The translations under genes and the position numbers were made by a program. The notes below the pieces were generated by a model that was not told the origin of the DNA, made no database searches, and saw only the letters and a list, made by a program, of their open reading frames with translations. Below are positions 19,042 to 28,783 of a stretch of DNA of 64,000 nt, piece by piece; position 1 is the first letter of the stretch, and each line of letters opens with the position of its first letter. This DNA is from an uncultured Candidatus Saccharibacteria bacterium (GTDB lineage: Bacteria > Patescibacteriota > Saccharimonadia > Saccharimonadales > Saccharimonadaceae), in contig CALIJB010000005.1 in NCBI GenBank assembly GCA_938017675.1, positions 114,140 through 178,139 of the forward strand, written 5' to 3'.

Positions 19042-19767
19042 ATGTCAGGACATAGTAAATGGGCGACAACACATCGTCAAAAAGCTGTTGTTGATGCTAA
19101 ACGCGGTGCGATTTTCACTAAAATTGGCAACCAGATCGCTATCGCAGCGCGGGCTGGCACTGATCCCACAATGAACTCTAGTCTAGCGATGGCTATCGAA
19201 AAAGCTAAGGCGGCAAATATGCCAGCTGCCAATATTCAGCGGGCGATCGACCGGGTTGCCGACAAAAATTCAGCGGCGCTAGAAGAAATTACTTACGAAG
19301 GTTATGGCCCTGGCGGCGTAGGGATTATCATTGAAACAGCCACTGATAACCGCAATCGAACTTTGCCAGAGGTGAAATTGGCTTTAACTAAAAACGGCGG
19401 TTCAATGGCCGATGCTGGCAGCGTGATGTTTCAATTTGACCGCAAAGGGGTTATTCGGGTGGCAGCAAGCGGCGAAGAAGCATTGTTGCAAGTACTTGAC
19501 GCAGGCGCCGAAGATGCTGTTGAGGCTGATGGTAAACTAATTGTCTATACTGGCATGAAAGATTTAGCGAGCGTTCGCAAGGCGTTGCTCGATGCAGGTA
19601 TGACTATCGAGGAAGCCGAGTTGCAATACATTGCCAAAAATGACGTGCCTATCAGCGATGTTGAAACCGCTCGCAAAGTAATAAAAATTATTGACGCGCT
19701 CGACGATCTTGATGATGTAGTAAACGTTTATACGAATGCCGATATTACTGCTGATATTAACGATTAG
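19042..19767 (+). CDS. yebC: YebC/PmpR family DNA-binding regulator
   Basis: The N-terminus MSGHSKWATTHRQKAVVDAKRG and the overall length are typical. Confidence 0.95.
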   Translation: MSGHSKWATTHRQKAVVDAKRGAIFTKIGNQIAIAARAGTDPTMNSSLAMAIEKAKAANMPAANIQRAIDRVADKNSAALEEITYEGYGPGGVGIIIETATDNRNRTLPEVKLALTKNGGSMADAGSVMFQFDRKGVIRVAASGEEALLQVLDAGAEDAVEADGKLIVYTGMKDLASVRKALLDAGMTIEEAELQYIAKNDVPISDVETARKVIKIIDALDDLDDVVNVYTNADITADIND

Positions 19768-19835
19768 TTGACTTTTAAGCTTACCTTCATGTAGATTATA
19801 AGTATACATGGTATTTATAATTGCTAGGAGGCCTG

Positions 19836-21677
19836 ATGCGATGTCTAAAACTCGTCATTTTGATAGCAACTATAACTATTCAGCCAGTATTTTCAGGGTT
19901 GGCAGCGGCAGATGCTGTATCGACGGCGGCTGTTTCGCCAGATAACACGCTAAGCATTGCAAGCGAAAATAATAGCGATAATTTACCAACCGCTAAACAA
20001 GAGGAAAAACTCGGTAAGTCTAACGAGCCGCTAATTAATAAAGAAAACTCTAATTCACTGCCAGCTGCGAACGATGGGAAGACACTCCCGCGGCAGACTG
20101 CTGAAAACAAAACCGCTGCCAAGCCTGCTGAAATCCCGCCGTCGGTCCCGTCAAACTCTACTAATGCCAGCGAAACTGTAGATAAAACGACAACATTGCC
20201 TTCACCGTTGTTAGCAAAAAATGATGTTGTAGTCTCGGCGTTTAAAACTGATCCAAAATACGGCTATACGGCGATAGAACTTTACAATACTAGTGATAAA
20301 TTTTTCGATTTAGGACAGATGTCGCTAGAACTACGTTACGCAACAGCGGAAGCTGATTTTGTTTGTAATGCTAAATTGCGAGATTATCTGCGGCCGAAGA
20401 GTTATTTAACGCTGTACAGCCCGAACTTGTCGCATACGGATAATGCATTGCTTTTAGCGGGCTGTCCAACTCCAAATAGTGATGCTTTGTATGACAAAGA
20501 GATAAATGTTTATCAAGCTGGCCAGCTGGTTGAGGCGGTTCGAATTAACAACACCGATCTCGGCAAATATCAAAATGATATTTGGGAGCGTAAAGGCTGG
20601 AGCATATCTTATCGAACTGGTGTCTTTAAAACTGATTTTCGTAAACGAGCGACTGGCAATATGATATCAAGTGATTTGTACCGTTTGCCGCCGACGCCAA
20701 CTTTACAGATTCTAGAAATTTTACCGAATCCAGCAGATTGTGCTACGGCTGACCCGAACCTTGCCTGCTATAGCTACGTCAAGGTTAAAAATATTGGTCA
20801 AAGCCCAATAGACTTATCGCTATATCGCTTGCGTAGCGGCAACCAAGCGGTGTCAGCTTCTACTAATAATCTTTCGAAGTTATCGGGCACGGTTCTGCCG
20901 GGTAAAATCTTTGTTATATCGGGGAAGACGCTGCATCTTGACAAGGCGTCTGGAACAGTGTGGCTGCAAGATGCCAATGGGGTAGTCGACTATAACAACG
21001 ATGTCGTACCTTACGAGAAAGCCGATAGCGCTGGCAACGAAGGACGTTCTTGGGCGTATGATGCTAGGGACGCTACTTGGCGTTGGGCGACGCCGAATCC
21101 AGGTAGCGAGGGTAATGATTTTACGCCTAAACTTAATTATGGTAAGGGTAGCCTGAAAGCGTTGTCGGCTAAACCAAAAATAAAAATATTGAAACCATGC
21201 CGCGATGATCAGTATCGCAGCGAAGAGACTGGCCGCTGCCGCAACATTGTTCAGAACAAGAAAAAAACTGTTGCCTTGAAACCTTGCAAAGAAGGTCAAT
21301 ATCGCAGCGAGGAGACCGGGCGTTGTCGCTCAATTGCCAAGGCGGCTGCAGCCGTTCTGAAGCCGTGTAAAGAGGGCCAATTTCGTAACCCAGAAACTGG
21401 CCGCTGTAAGAAGATTGCTTCTGTTGACGATTTACCCAAACCGTGTAAAGAAGGCTGGGAACGCAATCCTTCAACTGGACGCTGCCGCAAAATCAAGAAA
21501 GCTAGTAATACATTAGCGGCTTATCCAGTGCAGCCAGTAACAGTCCAGCAAACTAATCCAGCAGTGTGGTGGACGATTGGCGGACTGGCCTTGGCGGGTG
21601 TTAGTTATGGTGTCTGGGAATGGCGCGTTGAAATTAAGCGCGGCTTGAGAAAAGCTATTCGATTTGGCAGGAAGTGA
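19836..21677 (+). CDS. Secreted, C-terminally membrane-anchored protein with two lamin-tail-like domains and four 2-Cys repeats
   Basis: An AGGAGG RBS and a signal peptide (MRCLKLVILIATITIQPVFSGLAAADA) are present. The LTD-like segments are TAIELYNTSDKFFDLGQMSL and LEILPNPAD...VKVKNIGQSPIDLSLYRL. Four repeats follow the pattern KPC(K/R)xGxxRxxxTGRC(R/K)xI. There is a terminal TM helix. Confidence 0.65.
   Translation: MRCLKLVILIATITIQPVFSGLAAADAVSTAAVSPDNTLSIASENNSDNLPTAKQEEKLGKSNEPLINKENSNSLPAANDGKTLPRQTAENKTAAKPAEIPPSVPSNSTNASETVDKTTTLPSPLLAKNDVVVSAFKTDPKYGYTAIELYNTSDKFFDLGQMSLELRYATAEADFVCNAKLRDYLRPKSYLTLYSPNLSHTDNALLLAGCPTPNSDALYDKEINVYQAGQLVEAVRINNTDLGKYQNDIWERKGWSISYRTGVFKTDFRKRATGNMISSDLYRLPPTPTLQILEILPNPADCATADPNLACYSYVKVKNIGQSPIDLSLYRLRSGNQAVSASTNNLSKLSGTVLPGKIFVISGKTLHLDKASGTVWLQDANGVVDYNNDVVPYEKADSAGNEGRSWAYDARDATWRWATPNPGSEGNDFTPKLNYGKGSLKALSAKPKIKILKPCRDDQYRSEETGRCRNIVQNKKKTVALKPCKEGQYRSEETGRCRSIAKAAAAVLKPCKEGQFRNPETGRCKKIASVDDLPKPCKEGWERNPSTGRCRKIKKASNTLAAYPVQPVTVQQTNPAVWWTIGGLALAGVSYGVWEWRVEIKRGLRKAIRFGRK
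21192..21493 (+). repeat. Four imperfect tandem coding repeats (about 75-90 nt each) encoding the 2-Cys motif
   Basis: The units begin aaaccatgccgc / aaaccttgcaaa / aagccgtgtaaa / aaaccgtgtaaa. All are in frame within the CDS. Confidence 0.8.
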
Positions 21678-21688
21678 TCCATATCAGC

Positions 21689-22168
21689 ATGCGAATCATC
21701 GGAATTGATCCTGGTACAGGTATTCTCGGATTTGGCGTAATTGATGTCAACGGTGGTAGAACGAGGCTGGTTACGGCTGGAGTGATCACTACGCCAGCAC
21801 ACACGCCGCTGCCAGATCGCCTTGAAGAGATCTACTCGGGTTTAACCGATATTATTAAAGAGACGCAGCCGGATGTTATGTCGGTTGAGAAACTGTTTTT
21901 TACTAAGAATATTACGACAGCAATCAGTGTCGCCGAGGCGCGCGGCGTAGCAATATTGACAGGTCGCCAAGCGAAATTGCCAATTCACGAATACACGCCG
22001 AATGAAATCAAAAAATCAATCACTGGTTACGGTGCCGCTAAAAAGCCGCAAATTCAAGAAATGGTGCGTATTCAGCTAGGGTTGCAAGAGGTGCCGAAGC
22101 CTGATGATTGCGCTGACGCATTGGCGGCAGCTTTAACGCATGCGTTTATGAGCCGTATTGAAGCGTAA
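21689..22168 (+). CDS. ruvC: Crossover junction endodeoxyribonuclease RuvC
   Basis: The N-terminus MRIIGIDPGTGILGFGVID and an RNase-H-like fold length of about 160 aa fit RuvC. Confidence 0.93.
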   Translation: MRIIGIDPGTGILGFGVIDVNGGRTRLVTAGVITTPAHTPLPDRLEEIYSGLTDIIKETQPDVMSVEKLFFTKNITTAISVAEARGVAILTGRQAKLPIHEYTPNEIKKSITGYGAAKKPQIQEMVRIQLGLQEVPKPDDCADALAAALTHAFMSRIEA

Positions 22169-22187
22169 GGTGATATAATGGTAGGTG

Positions 22188-24710
22188 ATGCAGATACAAA
22201 AGCAACCGCCGCGTTTATCGCGCTACGCTAACATAGGTCGTAAGAAATCTCTAGTTCGTAAGATTCATCGCCAGCCGACGGGTAAGTTCGGTAAACTTGT
22301 CGCTTGGTGGCAAGGATTGTCGCGCAAGCAGAAGGTTGCCGTTGTTGGCGGTCCTATTCTAGCAATTATGATTATCATACCAGTGGTAACATACATCATG
22401 CTGGCTAATGATATCCGCGACGTTGAACGTTTGATGAACCGTAATAATACCGGAATCGTTCTAAAAGACAAAAATGGTAAGACTTTTTATAGTATTGGTC
22501 GGGCTGAGAAACGCAATATCGTGAAACTCGATCAGATATCTGATCATATGAAGAATGCTTTGCTGGCGAGCGAGGACAAGGATTTTTATAAACATGGCGG
22601 ATTTAATCTTTTTAGTATCGCTAGGGCGGCAGTGACGCGGCATGGTGGCGGCTCGACCATCACTCAGCAATTAGTTAAGAACACTCTACTAAGCGATGAG
22701 CATAGTTTAATGCGTAAATATCAGGAATTTTTCATGTCGATTGCTGTCGAGCAAAACTATTCTAAAGACGAAATTCTCGACATGTATCTCAATTCGGTCT
22801 ATTTTGGTGAAAACGCTTTTGGTATAGAGGATGCGGCTAAGACTTATTTCAATAAAACACCGAAAGAACTAACTCTGGCAGAAAGCGCTATGCTGGTTGG
22901 TGTATTGCCGGCACCGAGCAGCTACTCGCCGATTAGCGGCAGTGCTGAATATGCTAAAGAACGGCAAAAAACGGTACTCAGTCGAATGGTAAAAGAGGGC
23001 TACGTCACCGAAGCGCAAAAAACAGAGGCTTTAGCCCAGCAATTGGCCTACGCGCCGCCGTCAACGCAGAATGATAGCGTGGCGCCGCATTTTGCTGAAA
23101 TGGTGGTAGCTGAGCTCAGCGATAAATATAGCTCTAAAAAAGGCGGCTACGAAAAAGATGGCTACGAAAAAGTTATGCGTTCTGGCTATCAAGTCACAAC
23201 GACGCTAGATATTGATATGCAGAATACCCTCAAAGACAACATTAACAAGCAAATGAGGCATATTAACCGAATGGGCGGCTCTAATGCCAGCGGAGTTGTC
23301 GTTGATCCAACGACTGGTGAAGTTCGAGCTTTGGTTGGCAGTGCCGATTATAATAATGAAAAATGGGGCAAGGTTAACATGGTAACGACTAGGCGCCAGC
23401 CAGGTTCTAGCTTCAAGCCGATTTATTACGCAGCAGCATTGGCAGACGGCGTGATTACGCCAGCGACTATTTTGCAAGATAAAGTTAAGGATTTCGGCGG
23501 CGGCTATGTGCCGCGCGATGCCGATAAAAATGAAGCTAGCCGCGGCGGTAGTGCTACGGTGCGCCAAGCACTTAACTGGTCGCTTAATATCCCGAGCGTT
23601 GAGGTTATGCAAAAATACGGCATTTCTCGTTCAGTAACAGCTGCTAACAGTATGGGCATTTCCTCTATTAAGAAAGGCGATCACGGCTTATCGTTGGCGC
23701 TTGGTTCAGCCGAGGCATCTTTGCAGGATATGGTGCATGCTTATACTGCTTTCGCTAATAGCGGCAAGCAATATGATATTACTAAAATTACTCAGATTGA
23801 CGATAAATACGCTAAAACAATCTACAAACACGAGGGCAAGTATAAGCAAGTTATTAGCGCTCAGGGGGCTTACCTAATCTCAGATATTCTTAGCGACAGG
23901 ACAACTCGCGCACGCATCTTTGGTTCGTCAATTACGGTTAACGGTAATCATACTGTTGCTGTTAAAACTGGTACTACCAACGACAACCGCGATGCTTGGA
24001 CGATTGGCTATAATCCGCAATATGTTGTTGGTGTTTGGGTTGGCAATAATGATAACTCTGCTATGATTAGCGGTGGTAGCGACATGGCTGGGCCGATTTG
24101 GAAGAGTACGATGACGTCGCTATTGTCAGGCAAGCCAGATGTTAAATTCACTCTGCCGAGCGGTATCGTTCAGCGCGCTGTCTGTAAGGACAAGGGCGGC
24201 TTGGCGGCGAAAGCCGGTGCTAATACTTATAATGAATACTTTATGAGCGGCGCTTTGCCGACTGAATCGTGTAATTCTGAGCCAACTAAAGTATCTGTTT
24301 GCAACCTCTCTACCGGCAAGATTGAAACTATCGATGAGGACAAGTTTGACTCGACGAAATATTCAAAAGACACTGCTAATTGTAAGGCGCCGACGATTAC
24401 CGTTTGCAACCTCTCTACCGGCAAGGTTGAAACTATTGACGAAGCTAGCTTTAACTCGACAAAATACTCGAAAGACACTGCTAACTGTAAAAGCACAAAT
24501 GCTAAAGTGGCAGCCTGCGACCTCAAGACAGGCTCAGTGGTTATGGTCGATAAAAGTAAAATCGACGGCGTGAACTACAGTAAAGATACTAGCAATTGTG
24601 CGGCTGCTGGCGGAAACGATAATAGTGGCGGCAGCTCAGGCGATTCTGGCGGTAGCAATAATGGCGGCAATAATAGTAATAATCCTGGCGGTAACACTAC
24701 GTCGCCATAG
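22188..24710 (+). CDS. Class A penicillin-binding protein (transglycosylase + transpeptidase) with repeat-bearing C-terminal extension
   Basis: GT51 motifs are ASEDKDFYKHGG and GGSTITQQLVKN. Transpeptidase motifs are SSFKP, SLN and KTGTT. The C-terminus has three 2-Cys repeats plus a G/S/N tail. The ATG at 22188 is 8 nt after TATAAT. Confidence 0.92.
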   Translation: MQIQKQPPRLSRYANIGRKKSLVRKIHRQPTGKFGKLVAWWQGLSRKQKVAVVGGPILAIMIIIPVVTYIMLANDIRDVERLMNRNNTGIVLKDKNGKTFYSIGRAEKRNIVKLDQISDHMKNALLASEDKDFYKHGGFNLFSIARAAVTRHGGGSTITQQLVKNTLLSDEHSLMRKYQEFFMSIAVEQNYSKDEILDMYLNSVYFGENAFGIEDAAKTYFNKTPKELTLAESAMLVGVLPAPSSYSPISGSAEYAKERQKTVLSRMVKEGYVTEAQKTEALAQQLAYAPPSTQNDSVAPHFAEMVVAELSDKYSSKKGGYEKDGYEKVMRSGYQVTTTLDIDMQNTLKDNINKQMRHINRMGGSNASGVVVDPTTGEVRALVGSADYNNEKWGKVNMVTTRRQPGSSFKPIYYAAALADGVITPATILQDKVKDFGGGYVPRDADKNEASRGGSATVRQALNWSLNIPSVEVMQKYGISRSVTAANSMGISSIKKGDHGLSLALGSAEASLQDMVHAYTAFANSGKQYDITKITQIDDKYAKTIYKHEGKYKQVISAQGAYLISDILSDRTTRARIFGSSITVNGNHTVAVKTGTTNDNRDAWTIGYNPQYVVGVWVGNNDNSAMISGGSDMAGPIWKSTMTSLLSGKPDVKFTLPSGIVQRAVCKDKGGLAAKAGANTYNEYFMSGALPTESCNSEPTKVSVCNLSTGKIETIDEDKFDSTKYSKDTANCKAPTITVCNLSTGKVETIDEASFNSTKYSKDTANCKSTNAKVAACDLKTGSVVMVDKSKIDGVNYSKDTSNCAAAGGNDNSGGSSGDSGGSNNGGNNSNNPGGNTTSP
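24297..24600 (+). repeat. Three tandem coding repeats (105-111 nt) in the PBP tail
   Basis: The units are VCNLSTGKIETIDEDKFDSTKYSKDTANC, VCNLSTGKVETIDEASFNSTKYSKDTANC and ACDLKTGSVVMVDKSKIDGVNYSKDTSNC. Confidence 0.85.
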
Positions 24711-24716
24711 CTGATT

Positions 24717-25295
24717 ATGATAGCTCATCTTTCTGGTGTGATCGCTGAAAAGTTTGGCGCTGGCAGCGTCGTGGTTGACGTTCACGGCGTTGGCTACGAA
24801 GTCAGTGTGGCGGCTGGCGATTTTGAGGCGGCGGTACTGAATCAAGACGTCAAGTTTTATACCTACCACCATGTGCGCGAGCAGGCGGAAGAACTATTCG
24901 GTTTTTCTAGTTTGGCGGCAAAAAAGCTGTTTGAAATGCTGATTACTGTTCAGAGTGTCGGCCCGAAGGCGGCGCTAGCGATTCTCAGCCTGGGCGATGC
25001 GGAACAGGTGCGCAACGCTATTGCCAACGCTGACAGTGCTTTTGTGCAAAAAGCTGCTGGTATTGGCAAAAAAACTGCCGAGCGGGTGGTGGTTGATCTG
25101 AGCGATAAGGTTGGCTTGCCAGCGCATTACGGTCGAGCGGACACTCCGGTCCAAGCTGAATTGAATACTTCTGACGAAGCTTTAGAAGCGCTGATGGCGC
25201 TGGGCTACACCTTAGCGGACGCTACCAAAGCGCTGGAAAATGTTGACACTAATCTGCCGACGGCGCAGCGGGTGACGGAAGCGTTGAAGGGATAA
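24717..25295 (+). CDS. ruvA: Holliday junction branch migration protein RuvA
   Basis: The N-terminus MIAHLSGVI, an HhH region (VQSVGPKAALAIL, AAGIGKKTAERVV) and the position before ruvB fit RuvA. Confidence 0.92.
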   Translation: MIAHLSGVIAEKFGAGSVVVDVHGVGYEVSVAAGDFEAAVLNQDVKFYTYHHVREQAEELFGFSSLAAKKLFEMLITVQSVGPKAALAILSLGDAEQVRNAIANADSAFVQKAAGIGKKTAERVVVDLSDKVGLPAHYGRADTPVQAELNTSDEALEALMALGYTLADATKALENVDTNLPTAQRVTEALKG

Positions 25296-25308
25296 AACGG
25301 CTTAATCT

Positions 25309-26316
25309 ATGGCAATTCAAAGAATAGTCGATACTAGTCCGCATGATGACGCCGAGGAGCAGCGGATTGAAGTTAGTCTGCGTCCGCAGAATTTCAATGA
25401 ATATGTTGGTCAAGAACGGTTGAAGCGTAATTTACGCCTGGCGATTGAGGCGGCCAAGAAGCGCAGCGAGCCGCTGGATCATGTGCTGCTGTACGGCCCG
25501 CCAGGGCTGGGTAAGACGACCATGGCGACGGTGATCGCCAATGAGATGGGCACAAACTTGCGCATTACTAGCGGCCCGGCCATTGAAAAGGCGGGTGATT
25601 TGGCGTCGATTTTGACCAATTTGGCGGACGGCGATATTTTGTTCATTGATGAAATTCATCGCCTCGGCCGGGCGGTGGAGGAGATTTTGTATTCGGCGAT
25701 GGAGGATTTCAAGCTGGATATCGTCATCGGCAAAGGACCAGCGGCCCGGTCGATTCGGCTGGACTTGCCGCGGTTTACGGTCATCGGTGCAACGACGCGG
25801 ACAGGCAGTTTGGCAGCGCCGCTGCGCGATCGGTTTGGGCATATTTACCGCCTGGAGTTTTATGAGCCAGAGGATATCGCTAAAATTGTGACGCGGAGTG
25901 CGGCTATCCTGGAGTCGTCAATTCGGCATGAAGCAGCGAACTTATTGTCAACACGGGCCCGCTTGACGCCGCGTATCGCCAATCGCCTGCTCAAGCGCGT
26001 GCGCGACTATGCCGACGTCAACGGCGATGGCATAATTGATGTAAAAACGACAACGAGTGCGCTAGAAATGCTGGAAGTGGATGAGCTGGGCTTGGATCCA
26101 GCTGATCGCAATTTACTACAATCAATCCTGGAAAATTATGGCGACAATCCGGTGGGACTAACCACCATTGCCGCCCTGACTGGCGACGAAGCGACGACGA
26201 TTGAGGATTTTTATGAACCGTATTTACTGCAAATTGGCTTCATTGAACGCACGCCGCGCGGCCGCCGGGTGACGATTAAGGCGAAGCGGCATCTCGGCAA
26301 TACAGGGAATTTATAG
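25309..26316 (+). CDS. ruvB: Holliday junction DNA helicase RuvB
   Basis: Walker [10 protein letters not shown], Walker [11 protein letters not shown] and sensor motifs are present. Confidence 0.97.
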   Translation: MAIQRIVDTSPHDDAEEQRIEVSLRPQNFNEYVGQERLKRNLRLAIEAAKKRSEPLDHVLLYGPPGLGKTTMATVIANEMGTNLRITSGPAIEKAGDLASILTNLADGDILFIDEIHRLGRAVEEILYSAMEDFKLDIVIGKGPAARSIRLDLPRFTVIGATTRTGSLAAPLRDRFGHIYRLEFYEPEDIAKIVTRSAAILESSIRHEAANLLSTRARLTPRIANRLLKRVRDYADVNGDGIIDVKTTTSALEMLEVDELGLDPADRNLLQSILENYGDNPVGLTTIAALTGDEATTIEDFYEPYLLQIGFIERTPRGRRVTIKAKRHLGNTGNL

Positions 26317-26348
26317 TATACTACAAGTAGTATAAACGAGGAGGTATC

Positions 26349-27125
26349 ATGGACGATGACGATAGCCGCAGACCAGTTGCTTACGACGCTGAAGGACGTC
26401 CGTTATACACAGCTTCACAGCAGCAAGAGCAGGCTACTGGTGCAGAATCGGCTGTGCAGCAGACCAACCCAGTATCAGTCACCGAATCTGGCAAGCAGGT
26501 CGTGCATGTGGCGCGCTCAACCGAGCCGATTCCGGTTCATATTTCCGAAGAGACACGCCGCAAGCACGAGGAATCATGCCGCCTCTATCCGTGGCTTAAT
26601 CTCAGCGAACACGAGTATGTTATCCGAATGATTCCGCGGCACAGTATCGGTATTTGGGGTCCGACGATAGCAATGATGCTTGCGATTATTTTGGTGTCAG
26701 TTTTCATGTTTTGCTACCCTGATATTGCTAAGCTGATTGGCTTGGCGCAATCAATGTATCCGCAGGTTATTTTGATTTGCTTGATGGTGATTATTTTATT
26801 CGGTATCGGTTTGTATATAGCGATTTGGGTATATATGCAAAATCGCTTTTTCCTGACCAACGAAAGTGTTATTCAAGAAATTCAAATAAGCTTGTTTTCA
26901 AAACGCGAACAAACAGTTAGCCTGATGAATATTGAGGACTCTAGCTACTCGCAAAAAGGTATTCTACAAACTTTATTTAATTACGGCTCGATTCGGTTAA
27001 GTACCGAGGGCGACGAAACAACCTATCGCTTTAGCTATGTTGCTGATCCAAAAAACCAAGTAGCGATTCTTAATAATGCCGTTGAGGCGTTCAAGAATGG
27101 CCGCCCAGTTACGAATGATGACTAG
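26349..27125 (+). CDS. Membrane-flanked bacterial PH (bPH_2 / YdbT-like) domain protein
   Basis: A GAGGAGG RBS precedes it. Two TM helices are followed by a PH-like segment (FFLTNESVIQEIQISLFSKREQTVSL). Confidence 0.6.
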   Translation: MDDDDSRRPVAYDAEGRPLYTASQQQEQATGAESAVQQTNPVSVTESGKQVVHVARSTEPIPVHISEETRRKHEESCRLYPWLNLSEHEYVIRMIPRHSIGIWGPTIAMMLAIILVSVFMFCYPDIAKLIGLAQSMYPQVILICLMVIILFGIGLYIAIWVYMQNRFFLTNESVIQEIQISLFSKREQTVSLMNIEDSSYSQKGILQTLFNYGSIRLSTEGDETTYRFSYVADPKNQVAILNNAVEAFKNGRPVTNDD

Positions 27126-27129
27126 CTGA

Positions 27130-27528
27130 TTATTTCTTGTGATCGCGATTAGTCTTGGTGTAAGTATCTTCACGCTCCATTGAACTGCGTAGCGTGTAGC
27201 CAGTGCATCGATTCTCGTTATTGCAACCTGTTGATTCGTAGACGTAGCTGCTGCCACTATTGCCAAGTTTTTTGCCTTTCGGATCAGTGAAAAGAGCAGG
27301 GTCGACGGTGCGCAGCGTTTTGCTGTCAATCGAAGCCGGATAATAGCCGTTTTTAGCGTAGAAATACTCTTCCAATCCGTAATACATCGCGTTGATAGCG
27401 ACTTTACGCTGATTGTCGCGAGCAGTGGCATCAATAGTTGCTTTTTCATTAAAAAATAGCCAGCTGCCAACTCCAAGTAAAACTATCACCAGTAAAAGTT
27501 CAATAACTGTGAAGCCGTTTTGTTTCAT
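27130..27528 (-). CDS. Type IV pilin-like protein (prepilin N-terminal cleavage/methylation domain)
   Basis: MKQNG/FTVIELLLVIVLLGV is a class III signal peptide with Glu5. A C-terminal Cys pair (CNNENRC) is present. An alternative start is at 27537. Confidence 0.85.
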   Translation of the reverse strand: MKQNGFTVIELLLVIVLLGVGSWLFFNEKATIDATARDNQRKVAINAMYYGLEEYFYAKNGYYPASIDSKTLRTVDPALFTDPKGKKLGNSGSSYVYESTGCNNENRCTGYTLRSSMEREDTYTKTNRDHKK

Positions 27529-27595
27529 ACTTACCATTATACCAAAAACTGCGTCGCTCATGTATAATTAAAGATATCAGCAAGAAAGGGGAGAT

Positions 27596-28639
27596 ATGGC
27601 GAAGAAAAGCGAACCAAAAACATCTGCAGATAAGCCAGCGGCTGACGATGGCAAGTTAAAGGCGTTGGGTTTGGCGATGGAGCAGATTACCAAGCAGTTT
27701 GGCGACGGCTCAATCATGAAGCTAGGAGAGGCTAAAAAAGTTGACGTCGAGCTATTGCCAAGTGGTAGTCTGAGCTTAGATTTGGCGCTGGGCGGCGGTT
27801 ATCCGAAAGGTCGAATTATCGAGATTTATGGTCCAGAGTCGAGCGGTAAGACAACCTTGACGCTGCATGCTATCGCCGAAATGCAAAAACAAGGCGGGAC
27901 GGCAGCCTTTATTGATGCTGAGCATGCACTTGATCCAGCATATGCTAAACGGCTTGGCGTTGACACTGATAATTTGCTAGTATCGCAGCCCGACAATGGC
28001 GAGCAAGCGCTGGAAATTGTCGAAACGCTTGTGCGCTCAAATGCCGTTGACCTAATAGTAGTTGATTCGGTAGCAGCGTTGGTGCCGCAAGCTGAAATTG
28101 ACGGTGACATGGGTGATTCACACATGGGCTTACAAGCACGATTAATGAGCCAAGCACTACGCAAACTAACCGGTATTATTAACAAGTCGAAGGCTACGGT
28201 AATCTTTATTAATCAAATCCGCATGAAAATCGGTGTGATGTTCGGCAACCCCGAGACAACTACTGGCGGTAATGCGCTTAAGTTTTACGCATCGGTGCGA
28301 GCAGACATTCGCCGAATTGGGCAAATCAAGGACGGTGATGAAATTCGCGGCAATCGCACGCGCGTCAAAATCGTCAAGAATAAGATTGCGCCGCCATTCC
28401 GCACGGCTGAGTTCGATATCATGTATAACGAAGGTATTAGCAAGACGGGTGATGTTGTCGATCTGGGCGTTCAGTACGGAATTTTGGGCAAATCTGGAGC
28501 GTTTTATAAGTATAATGATGCAACAATCGGCCAAGGTCGCGAAGCTACTAAAAAATACTTGAAAGAAAATCCAGAAGTCCTGGCTGAAATTGACGCTAAA
28601 GTTCGCGAAAAAGTTGCCGAACCAGAACCGAAAGATTAG
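27596..28639 (+). CDS. recA: Recombinase RecA
   Basis: GPESSGKTT (Walker A), IVVDSVAAL and the L1/L2 regions are present, and the protein is full length. Confidence 0.98.
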   Translation: MAKKSEPKTSADKPAADDGKLKALGLAMEQITKQFGDGSIMKLGEAKKVDVELLPSGSLSLDLALGGGYPKGRIIEIYGPESSGKTTLTLHAIAEMQKQGGTAAFIDAEHALDPAYAKRLGVDTDNLLVSQPDNGEQALEIVETLVRSNAVDLIVVDSVAALVPQAEIDGDMGDSHMGLQARLMSQALRKLTGIINKSKATVIFINQIRMKIGVMFGNPETTTGGNALKFYASVRADIRRIGQIKDGDEIRGNRTRVKIVKNKIAPPFRTAEFDIMYNEGISKTGDVVDLGVQYGILGKSGAFYKYNDATIGQGREATKKYLKENPEVLAEIDAKVREKVAEPEPKD

Positions 28640-28783
28640 AAGTAAAAAGAAAACAGCCTGCTAGAAGTATATTCATTCGAGCTGGGTTTAGTGGTGTAGT
28701 ATCTTTGAATACTATGATAATTTATGCAAACTATAGTAGCTTGCTAGTCGGTAAATGGCCGCTTTTTCAGCTATAATAATGAT

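Noticed and set aside
21192-24600. Tandem DNA repeats considered as a CRISPR array or noncoding repeats (also 48954..50405)
   Set aside because: All repeats are in frame within long ORFs and encode recognisable peptide repeats. There is no repeat-spacer alternation and no cas genes.
26997-27476. 159-aa minus-strand ORF overlapping the pilin gene in another frame
   Set aside because: The alternative frame (27130..27528) gives a textbook prepilin leader with G/FTVIE, so this frame is spurious.
27529-27595. SOS (LexA) box upstream of recA, also sought upstream of ruvC and the Y-family polymerase
   Set aside because: I found no CGAAC-N4-GTTCG or CTGT-N8-ACAG type motif by eye, so no SOS operator is claimed.
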